A stretch of 64,000 bases of DNA, from assembly GCA_963770765.1 (NCBI GenBank), contig CAVYQS010000012.1, positions 144,404 to 208,403 of the forward strand, written 5' to 3'. The notes under the pieces are model-generated. The model did no database searches and was not told the origin of the DNA. It saw only the letters and a program-made list of their open reading frames with translations. This document shows positions 9,436 through 19,220 of this stretch, one piece after another; within the stretch, counting starts at the first letter, position 1, and the number at the start of each line of letters is the position of its first letter. Made by a program: the position numbers and the translations under genes. This DNA is from an uncultured Actinomycetes bacterium. Its GTDB lineage: Bacteria > Actinomycetota > Coriobacteriia > Anaerosomatales > PHET01.

Positions 9436-10668
9436 TCAGTCGTTGAGGCCGGCCGCCTCCGCGAGGGCTTCGGCGCGGTCGGTGCGCTCCCACGTGAAGT
9501 CCTTGTCGGCACGGCCGAAATGACCGTAGGCAGCGGTCTTGCGGTAGATCGGCCGGCGAAGGTCGAGATCACGGATGATCGCGCCCGGCCTGAGGTCGAA
9601 GGTCTCGAAAACGGCCTTCTCGATCGCGCCGACCGGGACCTTCTCGGTGCCGAATGTCTCGATGAGCACCGAGAGGGGGTGCGCCACGCCGATGGCGTAG
9701 GCGAGCTGGATCTCACAGCGGTCGGCGAGTCCGGCCGCGACGACGTTCTTGGCGACCCAGCGCGCCGCATACGCGGCCGAGCGGTCGACTTTGGTGCAGT
9801 CCTTGCCGCTGAAGGCGCCGCCGCCGTGACGGCCCATGCCGCCGTAGGTGTCCACGATGATCTTGCGGCCCGTGAGACCGGTGTCGCCCATGGGACCACC
9901 GATCACGAATCGCCCGGTGGGGTTCGTATAGATCTCGGCCCCGTCGTAGGCGATGCCCTCGAGGTCGAAGACGGGCTTGATCACATGCTCGATGAGGTCG
10001 GGCCGCAGCTGGATCTCGATGTCGACGTTGTCGGCGTGCTGCGTCGAGATGAGGATCTTCTCCACCGAGACCGGCTTGTCGTCGACGTAGCGGACAGAGA
10101 CCTGTGTCTTGCCGTCCGGGCGCAGGTAGGAGAGAACACCGGACTTGCGGACCGCCGTGAGGCGCTCGGCCAACCGGTGGGCGAGGTAGATGGGCATCGG
10201 CATCAGCGTCGAGGTGTCGGTACAGGCGTAACCGAACATCATGCCCTGGTCACCGGCGCCCACCAGATCGATGGGATCGACACCCGCGCCGTGCTGTACC
10301 TCGAAACTCTCGTCGACGCCCTGTGCGATGTCGGCGCTCTGCTCGTGGATGGTGCTCATGACGCCGCATGTGTGAGAGTCGAAGCCGTACTTGGCGCGGT
10401 CGTAGCCGATGTCGGTGATGACATCGCGAACGACCTTCTGCACGTCGACGTAGGCCTTCGTGCGGATCTCGCCCCCGACGACCACAAGACCGGTGGTGAT
10501 GAACGTCTCGCAGGCGACGCGGGCGCGGTCCACATCACCCGCGCTGCCCAGCTCGATCTCTCGAGCGAGAATGGCGTCAAGGATGGCGTCCGAGATCTGG
10601 TCGCACATCTTGTCGGGGTGACCCTCGGTCACCGACTCGGACGTGAACAGGTACTCGCGCTCTGGCAT
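9436..10668 (-). CDS. metK: S-adenosylmethionine synthetase
   Basis: [19 protein letters not shown] and GGGAFSGKD motifs. Confidence 0.98.
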   Translation of the reverse strand: MPEREYLFTSESVTEGHPDKMCDQISDAILDAILAREIELGSAGDVDRARVACETFITTGLVVVGGEIRTKAYVDVQKVVRDVITDIGYDRAKYGFDSHTCGVMSTIHEQSADIAQGVDESFEVQHGAGVDPIDLVGAGDQGMMFGYACTDTSTLMPMPIYLAHRLAERLTAVRKSGVLSYLRPDGKTQVSVRYVDDKPVSVEKILISTQHADNVDIEIQLRPDLIEHVIKPVFDLEGIAYDGAEIYTNPTGRFVIGGPMGDTGLTGRKIIVDTYGGMGRHGGGAFSGKDCTKVDRSAAYAARWVAKNVVAAGLADRCEIQLAYAIGVAHPLSVLIETFGTEKVPVGAIEKAVFETFDLRPGAIIRDLDLRRPIYRKTAAYGHFGRADKDFTWERTDRAEALAEAAGLND

Positions 10669-10720
10669 TCGTCCTCCTTCGTCGCGGCTCCTTTGTGGGA
10701 GACGCTCGTTTCGAGCGGGG

Positions 10721-10758
10721 CAACAAAAAGACCCCCGCCTGGTTCAGACAGGGGCTTC
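10721..10758 (-). terminator. Intrinsic terminator in the metK leader (riboswitch expression platform)
   Basis: Minus strand GCCCCUGUCUG-aac-CAGGCGGGGGU followed by CUUUUGUUG; boundaries approximate. Confidence 0.75.
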
Positions 10759-10794
10759 GCCTCCACACGCAGCAACGGCGCGCGACGCTGTTCC

Positions 10795-10922
10795 CTCATC
10801 TTCCAGGCCGTTTCGCCTGCCGAGATGTGGCACCGTACGTCGTTTTGGACGCCGGTTGCCGGGGTGTCTACGGGCTCGGTCCCTCGACCCTCTGCAGTCG
10901 CTCGCGACTGCCTCTTGATGAG
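10795..10922 (-). ncRNA. SAM-I (S-box) riboswitch with an extra hairpin
   Basis: CUCAUCAAGAG...GAGGGA-CCGAG-CCC...GGCAACC...GGUGCC...CUCGG-CAG...GAAGAUGAG. L2/J3-4 pseudoknot CCGAG/CUCGG. Upstream of metK. Confidence 0.92.
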
Positions 10923-11019
10923 CCCGACGAGTGTACCGCACCGGCGTGCCGCTCGCCAAGTGGCATCGCGACTTCTCGGGTACCATGTCCTACAGACACG
11001 ATCGGCGGTGGGGAGAACC

Positions 11020-11439
11020 ATGCGACGCTTCTTGCACTGGCTGAACTACGCGATCCTCGGCATCGAGGTCGTCGTCGCGATCGCACTGGTCGCCGTCGCC
11101 GTCGGTGCTCTGATCGCCTTGGGCGCTGAGATGTATCAGCTGGCGGTGAGCGGCTACACCCTCACGCGCACTCAGTTCAACGCGATCATAGGAACCATCC
11201 TCGAGATCTTCATCCTCGTGGAGCTGTTCCGGATCGCCATCGCCTACATGAACCACGAGAACGTCATCCCCACCGTGCTCGAGGCGGCGCTCGTCGCAAT
11301 CGCCCGGAAGTTCGTGGTGTTCGAAGGCAAAGAGGACTATCTGCAGACCGCTTTGGGAATGTCGGCGCTGCTACTCGCGGTCGCGGTGTCGTGGTGGCTG
11401 CTCGCGCGTTCGAACGCGTGCGAACTCAAGGAACGATAG
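11020..11439 (+). CDS. PsiE-family (phosphate-starvation-inducible) membrane protein
   Basis: Four hydrophobic segments and the 'LVELFR...Y...V..VLEAALVAIARK' signature; RBS GGGGAG. Confidence 0.75.
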   Translation: MRRFLHWLNYAILGIEVVVAIALVAVAVGALIALGAEMYQLAVSGYTLTRTQFNAIIGTILEIFILVELFRIAIAYMNHENVIPTVLEAALVAIARKFVVFEGKEDYLQTALGMSALLLAVAVSWWLLARSNACELKER

Positions 11440-11500
11440 CGCCGCGCCCTACCATCTGTGACCGATCGCCCCGCCCACATCCAGCAAGGAGCTCCCTCCG

Positions 11501-12955
11501 ATGACGACAAGCGTTCGCGTCCGCTTCGCCCCCTCGCCCACCGGCACGCTTCACGTGGGCGGAGCGCGCACCGCGATCTACAACTGGGCATTCGCCCGCA
11601 GGATGGGCGGCACGTTCGTGCTCCGTATCGACGACACCGACCCCGAGCGTTCGACCGCCGAGAACACCGCCCAGATCCTTCGTTCGATGCGCTGGCTGGG
11701 CCTCGACTGGGACGAAGGGCCGGAGGTGGGAGGCGAGCACGGCCCCTACTTCCAGACCCAGCGGACCGAGCGCTACGCAAAGGCTCTTGCGCACATGAAA
11801 GCGAATGGTGCCGCGTACCCATGTTTCTGCAGCGCCGAGATGCTGGCGTCCAAGCGGGAGGTCGCGCGCTCCGCGGGCGGCTTCTCCGGCTACGACCGCA
11901 CATGCCGCTCGATCGCCGGCGACGAGGCTTCAGCACGCATCGCCGCCGGCGAGACGTGTGTGTGGAGACTCCGCGTTCCGCTTGACCGCGGTCCGGTCGT
12001 CTTCGACGACGCGGTGCGTGGAGTGACCGAGTTCCCCATCGACGCCATGGACGACTTCGTCCTCGCCCGAACGGACGGGTCCCCCACCTACAACTTCGCC
12101 ACAGTGGTCGATGACGCGGAGATGGAGATCAGCCACATCATCCGTGGCGACGACCATCTGGCGAACACCCCGCGGCAGATTCTCGTGTTCGAGGCTCTGG
12201 GTAGGCCCGTTCCCGCGTTCGCCCACCTCTCGATGATCTGGGGTCCCGACGGCAAGAAGCTGTCCAAACGTCACGGGGCGACCTCGCTTGAAGCCTACGA
12301 CGAGCTCGGCTATCTGCCGGAGGCGCTCCTCAACTACCTGGCACTACTCGGCTGGTCTCTCGACGGTGAGACCACGATCGTCTCGGCGGACACCCTCAAG
12401 GCCAGCTTCTCGCTCGACCGCATCTCGAAGAACCCCGCGATATTCGACGCCGAGAAGCTCGAGTGGATGAACGGCATGTACATCCGGGAGATGAGCCCCG
12501 ACGAGTTCGTGGCTCGCATACTGCCGTGGCTCGAGCGCGCAGGCCTCGCGAGCGCTGCCGACGTCGCCGCGCGCCCGGAGTGGTTCCGCGCACTGGCGCC
12601 GCTCGTCTCGGAGCGCGTCAAGCACCTCGACGAGGTCGCCTCGAAGGTGACGTTCCTGTTCAGGGAACCGACGATCGAGGACGCGGCACGAGAAAAGGTG
12701 CTCGCCAAGGAGGGCGCCGACGCGGCACTCGAGGCCGCTGCCGAGGTGCTCGCGGCATGCGAGTGGGCCGCGGCAGAGATCGAAGTGGCGATGCGCGCCG
12801 TTCCCGAGAAGGCCGGAGTGAAGCCGAAGCTCGCCTTCCAAGCCGTCCGCGTGGCGATCAGTGGGACCACGGTATCGCCTCCACTGTTCGAGTCGCTCGA
12901 ACTGCTCGGAAGGGACACCGTCCTGGCGCGAATCGCTGCGGCTCAGAAGCTCTAG
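11501..12955 (+). CDS. gltX: Glutamate--tRNA ligase
   Basis: RFAPSPTG-LHVGG and KLSKR motifs. Confidence 0.97.
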   Translation: MTTSVRVRFAPSPTGTLHVGGARTAIYNWAFARRMGGTFVLRIDDTDPERSTAENTAQILRSMRWLGLDWDEGPEVGGEHGPYFQTQRTERYAKALAHMKANGAAYPCFCSAEMLASKREVARSAGGFSGYDRTCRSIAGDEASARIAAGETCVWRLRVPLDRGPVVFDDAVRGVTEFPIDAMDDFVLARTDGSPTYNFATVVDDAEMEISHIIRGDDHLANTPRQILVFEALGRPVPAFAHLSMIWGPDGKKLSKRHGATSLEAYDELGYLPEALLNYLALLGWSLDGETTIVSADTLKASFSLDRISKNPAIFDAEKLEWMNGMYIREMSPDEFVARILPWLERAGLASAADVAARPEWFRALAPLVSERVKHLDEVASKVTFLFREPTIEDAAREKVLAKEGADAALEAAAEVLAACEWAAAEIEVAMRAVPEKAGVKPKLAFQAVRVAISGTTVSPPLFESLELLGRDTVLARIAAAQKL

Positions 12956-12974
12956 AATCGAAGCACCGCGGCGG

Positions 12975-13003
12975 TTGACACCGCCCGAAGCCCTCGGTAG
13001 GAT
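12975..13003 (+). promoter_or_regulatory. Sigma70-type promoter of the tRNA pair
   Basis: TTGACA-17 bp-TAGGAT. Confidence 0.8.
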
Positions 13004-13037
13004 ACCGTCTCGCGCCTAGAGCGGCGCGCAGAGGTAC

Positions 13038-13113
13038 AGGGGTATGGTGTAACTGGCAACACGCCGGATTCTGGTTCCGGAGAGTCTAGGTTCGAGCCCT
13101 AGTACCCCTGCCA
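13038..13113 (+). tRNA. tRNA-Gln(CTG)
   Basis: Cloverleaf with acceptor AGGGGTA/TACCCCT, anticodon loop TT-CTG-GT, T-loop TTCGAGC and encoded CCA. Confidence 0.97.
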
Positions 13114-13117
13114 GCAT

Positions 13118-13194
13118 GGCCCGTTCGTCTAGCGGTTTAGGACACCGCCCTCTCAAGGCGGAGATCACGGGTTCGAATCCCGTACGGGCTACCA
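13118..13194 (+). tRNA. tRNA-Glu(CTC)
   Basis: Acceptor GGCCCGT/ACGGGCT, anticodon loop CT-CTC-AA, T-loop TTCGAAT and encoded CCA. Confidence 0.97.
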
Positions 13195-13332
13195 ACATAC
13201 TCGCAGGTCAGAGGGTCCAATCCTCTGGCCTGTTCGCGTTTCTGGAGCGACCTGGACGGCGGTCGCCGGGTACCGAAGAGCGGGTCTCGGGACAAGCCGC
13301 CAGCTGCCCATCCTGTGCTATCCTCTGCCCTC

Positions 13333-15035
13333 ATGGACACACAGACGCCATCCTCACCAGAGCGTTCGGACTTCATCCGCGAGATCGTCGCTGCAGACCT
13401 GCGCGACGGCCGCCATACGTCCGTCGTCACACGCTTTCCCCCCGAGCCCAACGGCTACCTCCACATCGGTCACGCAAAGTCGATCTGCCTCAACTTCGGT
13501 ATAGCCGAGGAGTTTGGCGGCCGCTGCCACCTGAGGTTCGACGACACGAACCCGGTCAAGGAGGAGCAGGAGTACATCGACGCCATCAAGACGGATGTGC
13601 GGTGGCTCGGATTCGACTGGGGCGAGTACCTCTACCACGCGTCTGACTACTTCGAACAGCTCTACGAGTGGGCGATACACCTCATCGAGACCGGCAAGGC
13701 GTACGTCGATGACCTGACCGCGGATCAGATCCGCGAGCACCGCGGGACACTGACGGAGCCGGGAACGGAAAGCCCGTGGCGCGACCGGCCGGCCGAGGAA
13801 AGCCTCGACCTGTTCGCTCGCATGCGCGCCGGCGAGTTTCCCAACGGGTCGCGTGTGCTGCGAGCCAAGATCGACATGGCCGCACCCAACATCAACCTGC
13901 GTGACCCGGTGATCTATCGCATCGTGCATACAACCCATCCCCGAACGGGAGATGCATGGTGCGTCTACCCGAACTACGACTTCGCGCACGGGCAGTCAGA
14001 CGCGATCGAGGGGATCACACACTCCGTCTGCACGTTGGAGTTCCAGGACCATCGGCCCCTCTACGACTGGTTCATCGATAATCTGCCGGTTCCCTCGCGG
14101 CCGCACCAGTACGAGTTCGCGCGGCTCAATCTCACGCACACGGTGCTCTCCAAGCGCGTGCTCTTGCGCCTCGTCAATGAAGGCCACGTCCGCGGTTGGG
14201 ACGACCCCCGCATGCCGACATTGTCGGGCCTGCGCAGGCGCGGCTTCCCCGCACAGGGGCTTCGTGACTTCGCGGCGATGATCGGAGTGGCACGAGCCGA
14301 CAGCGTGGTCGAGATCGAGATGCTCGAGCACGCCGTCCGCAACGTACTCAACACGACGATGCCTGCGCCGTTTCGGAGTGCTCGATCCGCTCAAGGTCGT
14401 GATCGAGAACTACCCGGAGGGGCAGGCCGAGGAGATCGAGGCGACCAACAACCCGGAGGACCCGGAGGCCGGCACACGGAAGGTGCCGTTCACGCGTGAG
14501 CTGTGGATCGAGCGCGACGACTTCATGGAGGACCCTCCCAAGAAGTTCTTCCGGCTCGCTCCCGGGCGCGAGGTGCGTCTTCGCTCGGCGTACTTCGTGA
14601 CCTGCACCGAGGTCATCAAGGACGCCGACGGCGAGATCGTCGAACTCAGGTGCACGTACGACCCCGACACGCGGGGTGGCAGCGCACCCGACGGGCGTCG
14701 CCCCAAGGCGACGCTTCACTGGGTATCGGCCTCGCACGCGGTGGCCGCCGAGGTGAGGCTGTTCGGCCACCTGTTCAGCAGCCCCTACCCGGGATCCGAT
14801 GGTCGCGACCTGTTCGACGACCTGAACCCCGAGTCCGAGGCAAGTCCTGCACAACTGCTTCGTCGAACCGACGCTCGCGCAGGCACATCCCGGTGAGACC
14901 GTGCAGTTCGAGCGGCTCGGCTACTTCTGCGTCGATCCGGACTCGGCGGCCGACGCTCTCGTGTTCAACAGAACACTCACCCTCAAGGACACCTGGGCCA
15001 AGCTGCAGGCCCAAGGACGTCACGACTCGGCCTAG
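13333..15035 (+). CDS. glnS: Glutamine--tRNA ligase (two frameshifts, ~14360 and ~14840, probably errors)
   Basis: [27 protein letters not shown] and WDDPRMPT, then [11 protein letters not shown] in a second frame and VQFERLGYF...[11 protein letters not shown] in a third segment. Confidence 0.9.
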
Positions 15036-15074
15036 CCGGCCTGACCGGCCTCTCAACCTGCTAGAATCGGAGGC

Positions 15075-15416
15075 GGAGTGGGCCAGACGGCCGCGTGCCT
15101 TCAGGGGCATGAGGAAAGTCGGGGCTCCACTGGGCAGAGTGCCTGCTAACGGCAGGGCGCGGCGACGCGACGGAAAGTGCCACAGAAAAGAAGACTCCCC
15201 CGCCTCTTGGCGGGAGAAAAGCTGAAACGGTGCGGTAAGAGCGCACCAGCGTCACGGTAACGTGGCGGCTTGGCAAACCCCACTCGGAGCAAGGGCAAAT
15301 AGGTGCGGTCAAGGCTGGCCCGGCCGGCGCACGGGTATGCCCGCTTGAGGCGCACGGCGACGTGCGTCCCAGATAGATGGTCGTCCACGACAGAACCCCG
15401 CTTACCGGCCCACTCC
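15075..15416 (+). ncRNA. rnpB: RNase P RNA (type A)
   Basis: GAGGAAAGTC, GAAAGTGCCACAGAAA, GGTAAGAG, GGCAAACCCC..GGAGCAAG and ACAGAACCCCGCTTA. P1 is GGAGTGGGCC/GGCCCACTCC. P4 carries a compensatory pair swap (GTCGGGG/CCCCGC). Confidence 0.97.
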
Positions 15417-15426
15417 CTCGCAAGCG

Positions 15427-15458
15427 AACGGCCGGCCCCGATTACCGGGGCCGGCCGT
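15427..15458. terminator. Hairpin after rnpB, shared with the convergent gene
   Basis: ACGGCCGGCCCCG-attac-CGGGGCCGGCCGT. Confidence 0.75.
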
Positions 15459-15485
15459 CGTTCGTCTATCGTCAGTCGCTCTCGT

Positions 15486-17140
15486 CTAGCGCTCGATGAC
15501 CTTCACTCTGCCTTTGCCCGTCTTGACGAGCTCGTAGAACTTGGTCGAGACCTTGCGAGCCGACGTCGAGCGCGCGTTACCTGCGCGTCGGTCATCGTCA
15601 ACTTGTAGGTGAACTTGCCCGACTTGACCGAACCGCTCGTGTACTTACCGTTCCACGTGATCGAGTTCGAGCCTGCAGCGACGTTCTTGGTGACGGTCCT
15701 GACCACGGTCCCCTTGGAGTTCTTGATCGTCAGCTTCGCGGTGCCTGCCTCGCTGGTCTTGAACTTCACCTTGAAGTCGTCCTTGTAGCCATCGCGCTTG
15801 CGGGGGAAGAACGGGCTGGGTGCCCCGGATACCGATGAGATCGCGGGAGTGCTCTTGTCGAGTCGGAACGTACGTCTGCAGTCGCCGTGTGGGGCACCTT
15901 CCATGAGCCCGCACTGGGTGCCGCGCTGCCGATCTGGTCGTACGCCACGACCTTCAGGGTATGGCTTGACCGTTGGCGAAGCCACTGAGGTTCGCAGCCG
16001 AGCTGATCGGGAGACGCTTGTGTCGATCACCTACGAAGACACCGTCAACGTAGTAGCGTGACGTGCTGGATGCCAGCCGCGTCGCTGGCGGTGACCTCGA
16101 ACGTGGGCTTCAGCACCTGTGGCGGCACCAGATGCGGGGCTGGTCACGGAGATCGCATGCGGGCATGTCGTAGTCGATCAGAATCTTCGCGGGCTCCGAC
16201 AGCGGGCGGTTGGTTGCGCGGTCGACAACGGCCCGGACCGGAGTGCTGAGGCACCCGCCGGCAGATCCTCGATCGTGACGCGGTCCGCTGGCCCTTCGGG
16301 TCGGTGTCGCCCGAATTCGGGGCAGCGCAGCTACGGCTCGTAGACCATTCGTCGGCGCGCGGATTCTGCCAGCGAAGATCTTCTCGTCGCCGGATTGGGC
16401 CGACCATCGAGGCAGATCTCGAAGTCGCCGTGCCGAAGCCGTCGTAGCGCTTGACCCGTCCCACTTCAGGTTGCGCCTACGCGCCTGCTTGAGCCAGCCG
16501 CTTGCGGTAGGAGGCACGCCCAGCCGGTCAGCACGGTCAAGACCGATGACCAGGGCGTGGGTTGGTGAAGTCGAGTCCGCGAAATCGCACATTGAGACTC
16601 GTGGCGGTCTTCGAGTCTGAACTGGTTGCAGAACACGGAACGAGACAGCGTAGTACGGCCCTCTCCCGGCTTTGTCGCGCCTGGACGCTGCGTCCAACCC
16701 GCGGGTCCGCTCACGTGCGACTTGATGTCGAAGACATCGTGGAGAGTGGACTCGCCTGTCCGAGATCGAGCGCTGAGAAGTGCCACGTCGTCCATGTGGG
16801 AACGGGCGAGTCCAAGCATGATGACGTCCCAGTCGAGCGACGGATCGTCCGCGGAGTTGATTGACGTTGTAGATGGAAGCCAAGGTAGTCGTAGCCCGCC
16901 GACGACCGGGCCATCTGAGGGCTCGGCTCGGATCACGATCTGATGCTCGGGCAAGCAGGTCGTTGCCCCAGTTCTCCGCCACACACCTCGTATTCATCCC
17001 GAGCGCGCCGGATGCGTGAACTCGTCATCCAGTCACCGGATCGATCTTCAAGATCGGCCATAGCCCATGCTCGGAATCGCGAGCGCTACCACCAACATGA
17101 GCGTGAGTGCGATGAGACTGCTTCTACTCTTGTGGCGCAT
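15486..17140 (-). pseudogene. Secreted protein with C-terminal FlgD-like Ig domain, broken by many frameshifts (pseudogene or poor consensus)
   Basis: ATG 17140 gives the signal peptide MRHKSRSSLIALTLMLVVALAIPSMG. A C-terminal fragment 'FFPRKRDGYKD...LTIKNSKGTVVRT...ITWNGK...GKFTYKLT' is FlgD_Ig-like. The frame switches repeatedly in between. Confidence 0.6.
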
Positions 17141-17229
17141 CAGTTACCCCCTGCGTATGGCGAACCAGACGTACGCTTCATAGTATCGGCAACACACGTC
17201 CTTTGCATGACGCCTTCTGGCGAACCGAC

Positions 17230-19206
17230 TCACGCACCTTCTATGCGTTGAGCCACCGAGGCGACGATTCCGCTTCCGTTGATGACCGGCAGACGCACGT
17301 AATCGCACCGGGCGGCCGTTGCTATCGCGATCGCAGCGCCGCTCTTTCCGGTCGTGTCCGTGTCGATCACGATGGCGTGAACGCCAGACGAAGCGACTTG
17401 GCGTGCCGCTTTCAGGGCGTCGTCGCTGCCGGGAGTGCCGGTGCGTCCGACGTTCGCTCGTCCGTCCGTGATCAACACGATCCAGCTCACGGTGGTGGGA
17501 TCGCGTCGCTTCTCGGCAGCCGCGACACCCAAGGCTGCCTGAAGGCCGGCTGCGAGCGGAGTCGATCCACCCACCGGCAGCTCGCCGAGCTTGCGTCTCG
17601 CGAGCTCCACACTCGCTGTGGGAGGCAAGACGACGTCGGCCGAGTCACCGCGAAACGACACGAGTGCCACGCGGTCCCGACGCACGTACGCTTCAGCGAG
17701 AAGCTCCATGGCGGCGGCCTTGGCCGCGTCGATTCGACGGCTTGCCCCCATCGAACCGCTGGCGTCGACGCATAGGATGACGCTCGTCCCCGTCTTACGG
17801 GTCCTCACCTTGGTGCGCAGGTCATCGGGGGTCACACGCACCGCGCCTTCCCGGGCGCCCTCCTCGCCGGCTCGTCGCGCGGCCGCGGCGCGAATCGTCG
17901 CGTCGATCGCGACGTCGCGCGTCTTGGCCGAGCCTTGCGGGACCTCGGAGCGTGTGTAGCGTCCTCGCCCATCAGCCGAGACGGTACGCTGGCGCCGGCC
18001 GTTGCTTTCCCGGCGAGAACGATCGAGCTCCGCTGACAGGTTCGCGGCCGCCGCGGCGTAGTCGGCGGGTTCACCTGCAGTGGGCATCGTCTCAAAGATG
18101 GTCGACTGTCCCGCGCCGGGGCCGACGGGGGGCTCCTCGTCCACGCTGTCCGACTCCACGGGCTGCTGCGGTGCCAGCGCGTGGCGCAGCGCGCTGCGAA
18201 GCGACTCGGCATCGGAGCCGACCTGATCGAACGGGGTGCGTCGCAGGCGGTGTATGAGCACCAGCTCAGCCACCCGCTCGATGTCAGCGAGTGTCACGCT
18301 CACCCGCCCTTCGAGCGCCGCGTTCGCGGCCGCAGCCCGGGCCATCACCGAGTCAGCTCGGTGCCCGTCGACCCGTGCGCGGATAGACAGGTCAGCGATC
18401 GCGTAGAGGATCTCATCGGAGACTTCGACGGTATCGACGATCGACCGGGCCCGCGCGATCGCTTCTCGCACGGCGTCTTCGGCAGGGCGCCACCGCTCGA
18501 CGAAGCCGGTGACATCGTGTTCGTACGCCTGCCGGCGGCGCACGATCTCCACGCGTGATCCCGGGTCGCGCACCGCCTGCACCTCGACACACAGTCCGAA
18601 CCGGTCGAGCAGCTGAGGGCGTAGCTCGCCCTCCTCGGGGTTCATCGTCCCGACCAGGATGAAGCGGGCCGGGTGGCTTACCGAGATGCCCTCACGCTCG
18701 ACCATGTTGACGCCCATCGCCGCAGCGTCGAGCAGGGTATCGACGAGGTGATCGTCGAGCAGGTTGACCTCATCGACGTAGAGGATCCCTCGGTTTGCCG
18801 CAGCGAGCAGGCCCGGGTGGAACGCACGAGCCCCTTCCTTGAGGGCCGCCTCGAAGTCCAAGGTACCCACGACACGGTCCTCGGTGGCCGAGACCGGAAG
18901 CTCGACTATCCTGGGCTGCGTCTCCACGCTGGACAAGGACCCTTCCAGCGCCGCGGCGCGGCACTGGTCACAGAGGTCCGCGGCATCGTCGGGATCACAC
19001 CCGAACGGGCATCCTTCGCTCACCGACACGGGCGGCATCACCGCGCCCAGCGCGCGCACCGCGGTGGACTTGGCGGTTCCCTTCTCACCTCGAATCAAGA
19101 CGCCACCGACCCTGGGGTCGACGGCGTTGAGGAGCAGCGCGAGCTTGAGAGTCTCCTGACCCACGATCGCGGAGATCGGGAAGCTGACCCGAGGACGCGA
19201 GGCCAT
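17230..19206 (-). CDS. Chelatase subunit ChlI/ChlD-like AAA+ ATPase fused to a VWA domain
   Basis: FPISAIVGQ, Walker [24 protein letters not shown] and MIDAS DASGS. Confidence 0.9.
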   Translation of the reverse strand: MASRPRVSFPISAIVGQETLKLALLLNAVDPRVGGVLIRGEKGTAKSTAVRALGAVMPPVSVSEGCPFGCDPDDAADLCDQCRAAALEGSLSSVETQPRIVELPVSATEDRVVGTLDFEAALKEGARAFHPGLLAAANRGILYVDEVNLLDDHLVDTLLDAAAMGVNMVEREGISVSHPARFILVGTMNPEEGELRPQLLDRFGLCVEVQAVRDPGSRVEIVRRRQAYEHDVTGFVERWRPAEDAVREAIARARSIVDTVEVSDEILYAIADLSIRARVDGHRADSVMARAAAANAALEGRVSVTLADIERVAELVLIHRLRRTPFDQVGSDAESLRSALRHALAPQQPVESDSVDEEPPVGPGAGQSTIFETMPTAGEPADYAAAAANLSAELDRSRRESNGRRQRTVSADGRGRYTRSEVPQGSAKTRDVAIDATIRAAAARRAGEEGAREGAVRVTPDDLRTKVRTRKTGTSVILCVDASGSMGASRRIDAAKAAAMELLAEAYVRRDRVALVSFRGDSADVVLPPTASVELARRKLGELPVGGSTPLAAGLQAALGVAAAEKRRDPTTVSWIVLITDGRANVGRTGTPGSDDALKAARQVASSGVHAIVIDTDTTGKSGAAIAIATAARCDYVRLPVINGSGIVASVAQRIEGA

Positions 19207-19220
19207 CCGGCCTTCCGCCC

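Noticed and set aside
9304-11019. 711-aa + strand ORF, and similar long ORFs 31405-34200, 57490-59490 and 41140-42657
   Set aside because: These are shadow ORFs of real genes, mostly antisense, as expected in high-GC DNA. Only the last 139 aa of 9304-11439 (PsiE-like) is credible.
13016-13198. 60-aa ORF over the tRNAs and the ORFs over rnpB (15061-15423)
   Set aside because: They are translations of structural RNA genes.
13195-13330. Integrated mobile element at the tRNA 3' ends
   Set aside because: No integrase is present and I saw no duplicated tRNA 3' end in the window.
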